A DNA stretch of 64,000 nt from a virus (IMGVR_UViG_3300013121_000024:64001-128000); one strand, 5' to 3'; numbered from the stretch's first letter, positions 1 through 8,418 are shown. Translations and numbers: made by a program. Notes: generated from the letters alone by a model not told the origin.

Positions 1-28
1 TGTGCTATCCAAATTACACCATATTGGA
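1..28 (-). tRNA. tRNA 5' half, truncated by window edge; isotype unknown
   Basis: Minus strand TCCAATA-TGGTGTAATTTGGATAGCACA reads as acceptor 5' strand plus D arm. Confidence 0.6.
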
Positions 29-156
29 CCAGAATTTACAACACCGACCAGGGCATTGTTTTACTGTTCTCTCACAACTCTGTTTCCGTTCTCTGGTCAT
101 ACTAGGAAACTGGTTGAGTAACTAATATCTCTTTTTTTCGAGGAAAGGACCAAAGT

Positions 157-232
157 TGGTGCTCCCGGTAGGATTTGAACCCACAACCTATCCGTTATGA
201 GCGAACGGCTCTAACCATTGAGCTACAGGAGC
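157..232 (-). tRNA. tRNA-CAU (Ile2 or Met)
   Basis: Cloverleaf, anticodon loop CT-CAT-AA, GGTTCAAATCC T arm, encoded CCA. Confidence 0.9.
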
Positions 233-239
233 ATGTTCT

Positions 240-527
240 TTACATAACCTCTCCATAAGGAGTCTTCGGAGGACCAGAGCGACCTGGATCTGTGAAGTTC
301 CAACTGGACTTGTCGTTATTCGCCTTTCTCATAGACGCGGCCTTTCTTGGACCCTTTTTAGCGGCCTCCGCGGAGGAAGAATGAGTAGAAATCTTTATCC
401 ACGGATCTAGACCAGCTTTAGCGTGCGGCTCACTATATTCTTCATAGTGGTATACAGTTTCTTGTCTAACGCGGCCGCGAGGTTTGACCGGTTTAGTTTT
501 TTCCAATAATTCGGAAAATTTCTTCAT
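240..527 (-). CDS. Small basic protein with capsid-targeting-like N-terminus (MKKFSELLE)
   Basis: Start moved to ATG 527 because the track's upstream extension runs through two tRNAs; TATAAATA late promoter at 563-570. Confidence 0.65.
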   Translation of the reverse strand: MKKFSELLEKTKPVKPRGRVRQETVYHYEEYSEPHAKAGLDPWIKISTHSSSAEAAKKGPRKAASMRKANNDKSSWNFTDPGRSGPPKTPYGEVM

Positions 528-562
528 GTGTGATCCTTTGAATTGTGTTTTTTTGTGTATAT

Positions 563-570
563 TATTTATA
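563..570 (-). promoter_or_regulatory. T4-type late promoter TATAAATA
   Basis: Exact gp55 consensus about 35 nt upstream of ATG 527. Confidence 0.65.
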
Positions 571-625
571 AATAAACAAACTTCAATTCGCAAGCAACCA
601 ACTATTACAAATTCTCCAAATATGC

Positions 626-699
626 TGGTTCTCCCAGCCGGATTCGAGCCGACTCCTCTACCATGTCGCGGTAGTGCACTACCATTATGCAATGGGAGA
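626..699 (-). tRNA. tRNA-Val(GAC), non-canonical
   Basis: Cloverleaf; anticodon arm CTACC-GCGACAT-GGTAG (C33); T arm GGCTCGAATCC; CCA. Confidence 0.8.
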
Positions 700-797
700 A
701 TAAAGGTATAAAGGTATAAAAGTAACTTGGCGGGTACTCTTTTTCCGGCTGTTGAGGCCTTTTGCGCAATTTCCCTCTTATCAATCTGCCAAGTTAT

Positions 798-873
798 TGG
801 TACCCGATCAAGGTTATGCTCCCTGCCATGTCTCGGTGTAAACGAGGTGCCGTCACTAGCTGGCTCATCGGGC
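798..873 (-). tRNA. tRNA-Val(UAC), non-canonical T loop
   Basis: Acceptor GCCCGAT/ATCGGGT, loop TT-TAC-AC, T loop AGCATAA, CCA. Confidence 0.8.
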
Positions 874-879
874 ATTAAA

Positions 880-953
880 TGGTGCTTCTAGGAGGTAACG
901 ATCCTCCGTCTTCCGGTTATCGGCCGGGTGCTCTACCATTGAGCTATAGAAGC
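880..953 (-). tRNA. tRNA-Ile(GAU)
   Basis: Cloverleaf; loop CC-GAT-AA; T loop ATCGTTA; CCA. Confidence 0.85.
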
Positions 954-961
954 ATTAATTG

Positions 962-1270
962 TTATTCTCCACTTCCGGTATTAAAGGCATTCATAAACGG
1001 AAGGCCGGCATTGGCACCATACTTCCTGAGTACCCAAATAGCATTGGGGTCACACACGCCTTCCTTATAAGTACAACCGGCAACATGATAACCAGTCTTT
1101 TCGTTGTCAGTCTTGGTCAATGCACCAGAAATTTGGTATCCATTAGGACCATACATCCGGGCATATTGGTTACCATTATCGCCCATTTCCAAGGTGTCGC
1201 GCACGTCCCCAGCAAAACTTGGAGTAGACACACAAAGGGCGGCCGACAAACTCAACATCTTCATATTCAT
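962..1270 (-). CDS. Hypothetical secreted protein
   Basis: Signal peptide MKMLSLSAALCVSTPSFA; AAGGA RBS. Confidence 0.65.
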   Translation of the reverse strand: MNMKMLSLSAALCVSTPSFAGDVRDTLEMGDNGNQYARMYGPNGYQISGALTKTDNEKTGYHVAGCTYKEGVCDPNAIWVLRKYGANAGLPFMNAFNTGSGE

Positions 1271-1311
1271 GATTTTTCATCCTTTCATTTTTAAGGCTGT
1301 TCAGGTAGATA

Positions 1312-1659
1312 TTAAGGCATTAAATTCCATGTTGAAAGAAACTTGTATCCAACATCACAGGATACATAATCCGATCCTTGCATTCCTTGTTCAGAATAAC
1401 TTACATCCGATGTATCAAATCCAAGTTTCGTCAATTGCTCACACAACTCTTTTTCAAAAAGGCCATCTGTATAAATCAGACCATTTTCCTGATTAATCCA
1501 GGTACTCTTATCGAAGTAAACCCGCAATTCACCAAACTTGCTGTTTAACGGATCAACAGCAAGTCTAATGCAGTGAACAGGCTTCCGGACTCTTGTCCAA
1601 AAACCATCACCAGCGGTATTACACCAAAAATCAACTTTCATTGTTCCGTTTTTCCTCAT
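1312..1659 (-). CDS. Conserved phage hypothetical protein
   Basis: ORF with GLIYTD...YSEQGMQG motif recalled from phage proteins. Confidence 0.65.
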   Translation of the reverse strand: MRKNGTMKVDFWCNTAGDGFWTRVRKPVHCIRLAVDPLNSKFGELRVYFDKSTWINQENGLIYTDGLFEKELCEQLTKLGFDTSDVSYSEQGMQGSDYVSCDVGYKFLSTWNLMP

Positions 1660-1664
1660 TATAA

Positions 1665-1742
1665 TGGCAGGAATAACCGGACTCGAACCGGCATTTTTCA
1701 GATTGAAAGTCTGATGTCCTATTCCAATTAGACGATATTCCC
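1665..1742 (-). tRNA. tRNA-Glu(UUC)
   Basis: TCAGA-CTTTCAA-TCTGA anticodon arm, canonical T arm, CCA. Confidence 0.92.
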
Positions 1743-1805
1743 TTAAGACAGTATATTATTTATACCATGTGGATGTTTATAAGGCAACACGAAATTATGT
1801 AACAA

Positions 1806-1997
1806 TTACATACGGTCCTTAAACCTAGCATGCTTTATCCATTCCTTGCTAGGCATATATTCATCCAGTTTGTTCTCCAACATGGTCAGGGCGCTCATTG
1901 TAAGTCCTGATCTAATGAGGTCTCTAACTTCTATAAGGTCCCTCAACACCTTAAGGTTTATGGGACCAACGGTAGGATCAACACCCGTGTATTTCAT
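1806..1997 (-). CDS. Hypothetical protein
   Basis: Short ORF between tRNAs, same orientation; start uncertain. Confidence 0.45.
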   Translation of the reverse strand: MKYTGVDPTVGPINLKVLRDLIEVRDLIRSGLTMSALTMLENKLDEYMPSKEWIKHARFKDRM

Positions 1998-2016
1998 TTT
2001 ATCAAGTTCCAAAGAG

Positions 2017-2093
2017 TGGTGCTTCTGGAAGGACTCGAACCCTCAGCTTCCAAATTCGTAATCTGGTACTCTATCCTGTTGAGTTACAGAAGC
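2017..2093 (-). tRNA. tRNA-Arg(ACG)
   Basis: Loop TT-ACG-AA, canonical arms, CCA. Confidence 0.92.
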
Positions 2094-2095
2094 TA

Positions 2096-2170
2096 TGGCA
2101 ATCTTGAGCGGATTCGAACCGCCGTTTCGGCCTTGAGAGGGCCGCGTCCTGGCCACTAGACGACAAGATC
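2096..2170 (-). tRNA. tRNA-Glu(CUC)
   Basis: CGGCC-CTCTCAA-GGCCG anticodon arm, CCA. Confidence 0.92.
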
Positions 2171-2184
2171 AATGCCAGTTTTTC

Positions 2185-2562
2185 TTAGTCCCTAACCTGT
2201 CTCCAGCCCTCTGGAGTATGCTCTCTCTGTCGTCTCACTTCATACAATCCGACACTGAACATAATAGGTTTATGGGTATCATACGACCTCAGGTGGTCCA
2301 GTGTAGTAGGCCTATTAACCTTCAACCACGAATTCAAAGGATCATCACCTGTGAACATTTGCACGTTTGGTGTGTCATCCTCCTCATATTCTGGACGGTC
2401 CAATACCATCACGTGGTTATGGCCCGTTTCACTATGGGTGACAACAATTTGTCCATGTTCAGGTAAAACTTCCTTCATACCAGAAGGAATAGAGTCAACC
2501 TTGATGAACAAAACATCACCCTGGGCCGATACCTTATTAAATGTCACGTAGTTCTTTTTCAT
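2185..2562 (-). CDS. Small His-motif protein, partner of the DUF6745-type protein
   Basis: QGDV, HSETGHNH and RRQRE motifs; ATGA-coupled to upstream ORF. Confidence 0.75.
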   Translation of the reverse strand: MKKNYVTFNKVSAQGDVLFIKVDSIPSGMKEVLPEHGQIVVTHSETGHNHVMVLDRPEYEEDDTPNVQMFTGDDPLNSWLKVNRPTTLDHLRSYDTHKPIMFSVGLYEVRRQREHTPEGWRQVRD

Positions 2563-3716
2563 GTTCTTACCTCCGGTACAATAAAATCTTTAGTATTCAG
2601 TCCCCAGGTCCAAGCCTGGGCCTCAAGTGCAGTATTAACCTCTTTGGGCACAGGAAGCGCAAATTCTCTATTTGTACCACAAAGTACCTTCAAGAACCTT
2701 TCTTTTCCTGCATCCGGTAGCGTGACTTCCAACAGTTCGCCCACCATTGGATCTGGATGCTTATTTATGCAAACCGCATTCAGTTGTTCCAGGATTTTAT
2801 TCCAACCCAGAATTTCACAGCCGGCCCGGCGTTGTTCGATATTCGATGTGAGCAGAACGTCCTGTGGATTTATGGATGACTTATTCATAATCCAATTTTT
2901 AGGAACACTCACACCGTGCCAGAAGTACAGCTTAAAGGTGTCACCATAATCGATTGCCGGACCAGTTTCACTATGTAATCTACCCTGGTCATCTTTCTTG
3001 ATGCCATGTGGTCTTTCACATACCATGATAAAATTCTTGTTCGGCCAATAGTAACCGGCCGACCTGCAAATTTCACCCTCAGCTTTGATATATCTCCACA
3101 CCTTTGGATTTTCAGACTGATCGATGCCAAGCATCAAACAGGTTTCCACGAAAGCTGGCCAATTAATCCAGAACTGACCACCACGCCATGTATGCCACCA
3201 AATAACACTTTTCTTGGCAGACTTAAATCCGTTTGTCAAATTCTTTTTGATGTCATTTTTATTTTTATTCGACTTGCCGGCCGGAAGTTGAGACTTGACA
3301 TTCTCCAACACAGTACGAACAATTGTGGAGACGATTTCACCTTCCGCCTCTCGGGAAATTCTGGTGTCATTCTTGGATGTGATAAAATCTTTAATTACCG
3401 TTTCCGAAAAGTTCCTTGTAACATCCTCCAGCACTTCCAACAGTTCTGTAGAAGTTTCCTTATAGCCAAGCGAATGAAAGACATCGATAAGGGTGCTAGA
3501 AATCGGTGCTGCAAGTGCACCTACAATTGGACTATTCACCCAGACAATAGGAACTGTCGCATTCAAATTAATATCGGTGTACAATTCACGAAAAGCCTTT
3601 TCGGCCCTATTTCGATCGGCCGGTTCACATCGAAGACCATCCTCAATGGCCTTTTTTACAATGTCCGGGAACTTGGCCTTTAGGTCTTCTGGAATATAAC
3701 TAATCTTCTTTGACAT
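2559..3716 (-). CDS. DUF6745-type domain protein
   Basis: CERP...GRLHSETGPAI...YFWHGV...NIEQRR motif; start moved to ATG 3716 with RBS. Confidence 0.7.
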   Translation of the reverse strand: MSKKISYIPEDLKAKFPDIVKKAIEDGLRCEPADRNRAEKAFRELYTDINLNATVPIVWVNSPIVGALAAPISSTLIDVFHSLGYKETSTELLEVLEDVTRNFSETVIKDFITSKNDTRISREAEGEIVSTIVRTVLENVKSQLPAGKSNKNKNDIKKNLTNGFKSAKKSVIWWHTWRGGQFWINWPAFVETCLMLGIDQSENPKVWRYIKAEGEICRSAGYYWPNKNFIMVCERPHGIKKDDQGRLHSETGPAIDYGDTFKLYFWHGVSVPKNWIMNKSSINPQDVLLTSNIEQRRAGCEILGWNKILEQLNAVCINKHPDPMVGELLEVTLPDAGKERFLKVLCGTNREFALPVPKEVNTALEAQAWTWGLNTKDFIVPEVRT

Positions 3717-3755
3717 TACTTTCACCTTTTTTATCATGGTTATAAACTGTAGTGA

Positions 3756-3839
3756 TGGAGAACCGGTGAGGTTACGCTCCCCTTGCGGCGGGATTAAAAG
3801 CCCCGTGTCGGCACTAGCCTGACTGTACGCTACCGGTCC
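3756..3839 (-). tRNA. tRNA-Lys(UUU), strongly divergent D and T arms
   Basis: Acceptor GGACCGG/CCGGTTC, CGGGG-CTTTTAA-TCCCG, CCA; expanded D region, T loop AGCGTAA. Confidence 0.7.
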
Positions 3840-3859
3840 TTACTTGTCAACTTCTTTTT

Positions 3860-4129
3860 TTATTTGATGTTACAAACTCCAAACAACTTTTCAAATATTT
3901 CCTTAGGTCCATAGGTACTCCATCGTACTCCTTTATAGTCCCAAATTCCACAATGTACACCGTCGGCCTCAAATCCCCAGCTATATTTTACCTTCGATGG
4001 GTCATCATCAATGTTAGGTTCAAAACCAAGCACATTATTGATATCAGTCACGGTGAGAGCGCCGTTAAGTGTTCCCATACGAAAACTTCCGCATCTATCA
4101 ACGGGTTTAATATCCATGTTTTTCTCCAT
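3860..4129 (-). CDS. Hypothetical protein
   Basis: ORF with IWDYKG motif recalled from small phage proteins. Confidence 0.6.
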   Translation of the reverse strand: MEKNMDIKPVDRCGSFRMGTLNGALTVTDINNVLGFEPNIDDDPSKVKYSWGFEADGVHCGIWDYKGVRWSTYGPKEIFEKLFGVCNIK

Positions 4130-4131
4130 GA

Positions 4132-4206
4132 TGGTACCGTGGCCTGGTATCGATCCGGGTTCCTTTGTTCCACAGACAAATGCTTTACCTTTAAGCTACG
4201 CACGGC
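4132..4206 (-). tRNA. tRNA-His(GUG), no G-1, A73
   Basis: TTTGT-CTGTGGA-ACAAA anticodon arm; ends ACCA. Confidence 0.85.
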
Positions 4207-4218
4207 ATAATATATTAT

Positions 4219-4530
4219 TTATGGTGTGGATTCCAATATAATTGAACCAAAGAATGGCTTATAATTTGAAAGGATCCAAGCTAGACTTCTACTCCTCTCA
4301 TCAGAATTAATTGCCGGCATATACCACAAAAAATCAGGAGGACTCTTAAGCGATGAATTGGAAGAAAGAACCAAACCTCGAAAATGAGGCACAGGTACCT
4401 TAACCTCTTGTATAAGGACGATTTCCTTTGAGTTACGATCCTCCATCATTCTGGGCTGATCAAGAAACCACTTTTCATTGTCCTTATAAGAGGTGCTTGT
4501 CTTCTCAACAATTTTCGACGTCACTTCCAT
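4219..4530 (-). CDS. Hypothetical protein
   Basis: ORF with RBS, co-oriented. Confidence 0.55.
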   Translation of the reverse strand: MEVTSKIVEKTSTSYKDNEKWFLDQPRMMEDRNSKEIVLIQEVKVPVPHFRGLVLSSNSSLKSPPDFLWYMPAINSDERSRSLAWILSNYKPFFGSIILESTP

Positions 4531-4557
4531 ATCATTCTTCCTTTAATTTTAGTTTAA

Positions 4558-4647
4558 TGGCTCCTTGGGCAGGACTCGAACCTGCATAGCTTTTTAGGGC
4601 ATACGTCGCGTTAACAGCGCGGTCTCTTACCATTAGAGTACCAAGGA
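4558..4647 (-). tRNA. tRNA-Asn(GUU) with long variable region
   Basis: Loop CT-GTT-AA, about 20-nt variable region, canonical T arm, GCCA. Confidence 0.85.
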
Positions 4648-4651
4648 ATAT

Positions 4652-4734
4652 TGGTGCCTAGAGAGGGACTCGAACCCCCGGTGTTTGAATTCCTCCTTAC
4701 AAGAGAGGTGCCGTCGCCGCTGGGCCACCTAGGC
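4652..4734 (-). tRNA. tRNA-Thr(UGU) with enlarged variable loop
   Basis: Loop CT-TGT-AA, canonical T arm, CCA. Confidence 0.85.
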
Positions 4735-4813
4735 ATGATAATAGTATACAACACCGTTTCTCTACCGTCTTTTACAGAACCATCCGGGCCCTGATCGTAT
4801 ACTATTAGAAAAT

Positions 4814-4889
4814 TGGCGATGCTGAAGGGGATCGAACCCTCCGATATCGATTAGACAGACCGACGTGTTCACCAGTTCACCACAGCACC
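4814..4889 (-). tRNA. tRNA-Asp(GUC)
   Basis: Loop CT-GTC-TA, GCCA end. Confidence 0.9.
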
Positions 4890-4898
4890 ATTTTTTAG

Positions 4899-5270
4899 TT
4901 ATATATTTAGCAAAAAGAATTTCTCACCATCATATTCCACATCGACATAATCAACCTTGATGTTTTCGGCCGTAGCCTCCCAGTCGATCTCAATAAATCC
5001 TGGAATATCTTTGGGAATGTATCCAATATCAATTAACATATCTTTGACATAATCAACCCACTTCGCCTCGGGAATGATTGACACACCATACTCCCAATCC
5101 GAAGAATATTTTTCGCACGTATTCACAAATTCCTGCAACTTATCGATATCAAGCTGAAGGTGGTCCAGACTATCCCCCGTCATGTCTTCCAGTTCATCCT
5201 TAAGATGACCTAGATAGCCAACCACATCACGACTATCGATGATATCAGAATGATCAAATGGATTATTCAT
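4899..5270 (-). CDS. Acidic protein, ArdA-like C-terminus (possible antirestriction DNA mimic)
   Basis: Very D/E rich; IDWEATAENIKVDY motif; early promoter upstream. Confidence 0.5.
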   Translation of the reverse strand: MNNPFDHSDIIDSRDVVGYLGHLKDELEDMTGDSLDHLQLDIDKLQEFVNTCEKYSSDWEYGVSIIPEAKWVDYVKDMLIDIGYIPKDIPGFIEIDWEATAENIKVDYVDVEYDGEKFFLLNI

Positions 5271-5426
5271 TTTCCATCATCTCCAAGCTTCAGTTGGCCT
5301 CAGTTGAGTCTTAATCATATTAACATTACCATCAGACAAGTCAACCAGTAAAATTCTCTAGTAATTATAAGAGGTTGACTTGTGTGGTGGTAAAACATGC
5401 CAGGATTCAGTTGACAACCCGACATG

Positions 5427-5790
5427 GTAACGCCTATTTGTTATTGTCGTTCAGGCCCATACATACTACTTTATCATAAGTTTATCATACAAACAGTCTA
5501 TACAATTAGATATTTATTTTAGCTGGCTACGTCATTTTTTTAGTAACCTCCGTCAAGTGCATTGGCAACTTTCGCCAGCCACCTGATCGGCAGCGTGCTT
5601 GCCAGCTTAAAAGACACACGGAAAAGCTGACGAGCATTCCAGCGTTACCTCCTTCTTCATTGTAGCGCATTGCGTAACGCCTATTTGTTATTGTCGTTCA
5701 GGCCCATACATACTACTTTATCATAAGTTTATCATACAAACAGTCTATACAATTAGATATTTATTTTAGCTGGCTACGTCATTTTTTTAG
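5427..5790. repeat. Two identical 117-bp direct repeats (5427-5543, 5674-5790) with a 130-bp spacer
   Basis: Read directly: GTAACGCCTATTTG...GTCATTTTTTTAG occurs twice. Confidence 0.95.
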
Positions 5791-5847
5791 ACCCTCCTGA
5801 TCTATTAATCGATTACATAGGTTATACACTCAACGTTATTCTTGGAA

Positions 5848-6075
5848 TTATACCAAGAATTCTCTACCATACAGAGAATAAAAAATGGTCTTTGCCTCAT
5901 CTAAATCCTTGGACGAAAGAATCCTTTCGTCCAAAAGGAGTTGAAACATCAACCCACGATCAACCATCCTATTGTAGGAAGGTTCGTATACCGAAACATA
6001 CGGAGTTTCCTTTGTTTCCCCAACACCATAAGTCTTGGGGAAACTCTTTTTTAACCGTGTGTTTTTAGAGGACAT
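5848..6075 (-). CDS. Hypothetical protein
   Basis: ORF downstream of a TTGACC promoter. Confidence 0.5.
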   Translation of the reverse strand: MSSKNTRLKKSFPKTYGVGETKETPYVSVYEPSYNRMVDRGLMFQLLLDERILSSKDLDEAKTIFYSLYGREFLV

Positions 6076-6175
6076 CGTGTGTCACGCCATTTGTTCATTC
6101 ATCATATTTAGATAATATATGATTCTGTGATCAGGTCAACCATGAAAATCTTTAATAATTTCAACTAGTTAACGA

Positions 6176-6388
6176 TTAATCGCTTTCCGTCACATAGACA
6201 TACTCATCCTCTATTGTCATTAGAGCAGATAACAGAGGATTTGGATACGTACTAATATAACTCTCGGCTGATTCTCTAGAATAGCATACCTTCATAATAA
6301 CTTTACCAGGAGGCCATGCTATCCATGATGGAATCATTACCTTAAAAATAATGATTTTAGATTCAGAAGTCTCTTTATTCTTTTTCAT
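6176..6388 (-). CDS. Hypothetical protein
   Basis: Co-oriented ORF. Confidence 0.5.
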   Translation of the reverse strand: MKKNKETSESKIIIFKVMIPSWIAWPPGKVIMKVCYSRESAESYISTYPNPLLSALMTIEDEYVYVTESD

Positions 6389-6406
6389 ATCCCATCAACC
6401 CCATCT

Positions 6407-6459
6407 GGTGGCCCATAAACCTGCCCGGAACGCTCTTCCTGCACTGTTTATGGGCCACC
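6407..6459 (-). other. Perfect 14-bp inverted repeat just after the TROVE-like gene (terminator or processing stem)
   Basis: GGTGGCCCATAAAC / GTTTATGGGCCACC. Confidence 0.6.
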
Positions 6460-6471
6460 GCACATCCTTTT

Positions 6472-7938
6472 TTAAACTGTAAGACCTTCAACATCGTAAC
6501 GCGGAACGTTAAGTGTTGCTAACATTACAGATTCCGGTGTGTAATTCTCAAGATCGGACTTCAAGATGGACTTGAAGATGGACGGTGAGAATCCAGATAT
6601 GATTGCAGTACCGGATTCATGCATCGACACAGGGTTGTTATCGGCCCGGCCGTTGAGGTACCAGAATACGACCTTCGGTAAGGTATATCCAGCTCTTTCA
6701 AACTTGGCCTTGGCCACGTCAAAGTTGGTGACCCTCTCCCTCTTATAACCAGAAGATCCAACGTTAACACAGGAATCAAATTCCATGTCCGAAAGTATCA
6801 ACAGGATCTTTGGCATATCCTCATTGGAGACGTTGTTACGCTTTGCCAAAGACAAGATTTCGTCAAAAGCGGACTGGATATTGGTATTCATACCCCAATC
6901 TGCCCTACACATTTGTAGGTACTTGTTGACGATATTACCGGACAAGAATTGAATTCTTGGTTTATCCGAGAAAGACATGAACGCACCAGCAAACGGACCG
7001 GTTTGCTTATCAGCACAATATAGACCAATAGACGTAGAGATGTCCAAAGGTACAATATTAGACTTGACGTGGTCGCGCTGGCCATAATAAGACCAACTTG
7101 TCATAGAACCTGACACATCAACTACCGGTAGAATTTTATCATCACCTAGGAAGTTTGGTAATGCATCCCACTGCGCTGTTGCCACCTCACGGTCACCCTC
7201 ACGGATAGACTTTATAACATCGTATGGATAAACAGCACCAGCATTGATCTTGCGCTCGGTTGTACCATCATCCTTCACCTTTACCAGTCCGGCCTTGTAC
7301 AGTCCATACTCCGATGGAGCATGACGACCAAAAGCCTTCTGATATCTGGCCGAGGCCAGAGACGGAACATGGTCGAACACAATTTCGGTCCACTTATTAG
7401 CACACATATTGGACTCGACCACCTTAGTCAGATTGACCAAAGTCTTACGATAGGCCTTTGGAGATAAACCTAAGTAACGACGGAGCTCCACGGCCATGGC
7501 ACCCTTTCTCGGCATCCACTTCGCCGTCAAACCATTACCAGCTTGTAAAGCCCCGGCGATAAGTTTGAAAGCCTCTGACTTCACACGATCAGACTCGAAC
7601 ACCAACAGGTCATCCCAACGACCTAATTCTGGAATCTTCGGAAGCATACGAATTAACGAAGATTCGTAATGGGTCTCGAAGTGCTTTAAAAGGTTACGGA
7701 AAGTCTGTCGTTCACCTGCACCTCCGCGAACATCTCGTGTCCACAGAGCAATACGGAATGCCAACTTTGGGTCATGGTTATATGCTAGGTCGAATTCACG
7801 GCCAAGTGAAACACCACGATTACCGGCAGCACCAAAAAAGTCAAGGCATGGGTTACCAGTGGTTACAAGTGTGTCAGCACCATTGAAAGTCTTGCCAAAC
7901 TTGGATTCGGAACGAACTGCATTCATAAATGTGGACAT
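6472..7938 (-). CDS. TROVE/Ro60-like protein with C-terminal vWA domain (DUF2828-type)
   Basis: RDVRGGAGER, GRWDDL and AKWMPR helical-domain motifs; MIDAS DVSGSM, SDMEFD, SGFSP; start moved to ATG 7938 with RBS. Confidence 0.85.
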   Translation of the reverse strand: MSTFMNAVRSESKFGKTFNGADTLVTTGNPCLDFFGAAGNRGVSLGREFDLAYNHDPKLAFRIALWTRDVRGGAGERQTFRNLLKHFETHYESSLIRMLPKIPELGRWDDLLVFESDRVKSEAFKLIAGALQAGNGLTAKWMPRKGAMAVELRRYLGLSPKAYRKTLVNLTKVVESNMCANKWTEIVFDHVPSLASARYQKAFGRHAPSEYGLYKAGLVKVKDDGTTERKINAGAVYPYDVIKSIREGDREVATAQWDALPNFLGDDKILPVVDVSGSMTSWSYYGQRDHVKSNIVPLDISTSIGLYCADKQTGPFAGAFMSFSDKPRIQFLSGNIVNKYLQMCRADWGMNTNIQSAFDEILSLAKRNNVSNEDMPKILLILSDMEFDSCVNVGSSGYKRERVTNFDVAKAKFERAGYTLPKVVFWYLNGRADNNPVSMHESGTAIISGFSPSIFKSILKSDLENYTPESVMLATLNVPRYDVEGLTV

Positions 7939-7958
7939 AATTATTCCTTTCAATTTTT

Positions 7959-8053
7959 CGGGTTTATTTTTATTTCTCCGGCCTTCCCGGAAACCCCCAT
8001 TGGAGGAGGGTTTTGGAATCGAACCAAATATTTTTTGCTGCTGTATTAAACCC
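7959..8053 (-). ncRNA. Y-RNA-like unit 1 (permuted tRNA mimic)
   Basis: GGGTTTA-ATA-CAGCAG...TAAACCC-G; internal T arm TTGGTTCGATTCCAA, then acceptor-like and D-like hairpins. Confidence 0.75.
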
Positions 8054-8075
8054 AGAGCAATAATAATCTATTAAA

Positions 8076-8295
8076 CTGTATCATATTTTCTTTGCTTTCC
8101 GTTGCTCTGCTACTGAGCTAACCCCACATCATAACTCCACGAAACTAGTTCCCTACCACTCGGGCACGGAATACATGTAATCCCTTCTATTCATGGGTTG
8201 TGGTATCGCTCCATGTCGTGGAGTTATGGTGTGGGGTCTTGGAGTTGCACCAAGGACCGTCGGATTGTTAATTGTTTTATTGCGGTAATGATACA
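8076..8295 (-). ncRNA. Y-RNA-like unit 2 (permuted tRNA mimic with large insert)
   Basis: TGTATCA-TTA-CCGCAA...TGATACA-G; T arm, ACCCCACACCA, insert, TGTGGGGT-TAGCTCAGTAGCAGAGC D arm. Confidence 0.75.
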
Positions 8296-8350
8296 CATTA
8301 ATATAATTAATATACGGTACCGGTAAAAACCACCGGTACCGTTAACCTAC

Positions 8351-8418
8351 CGGGATCGCTTTTTCGACTTTGGTTTGCTTTACAATGCAAGTGTCTATTT
8401 GTTTGCTGAAACGATCCC
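8351..8418 (-). ncRNA. Y-RNA-like unit 3 (short)
   Basis: GGGATCG-TTT-CAGCAA...CGATCCC-G. Confidence 0.7.

Noticed and set aside
528-875. N-terminal extension of ORF 240-875 and other ORFs over tRNAs (9362-9782, 46191-46412, 46593-46793)
   Set aside because: They overlap well-formed tRNA genes.
5427-5460. AACGACAAT (NDN) resembling a tmRNA tag
   Set aside because: The frame reads LNDNNK-stop with no AA ending, and no Ala acceptor/T arm is associated.
5627-5634. CTGACGAG hammerhead-like core
   Set aside because: No stem II followed by GAAA in the required position.
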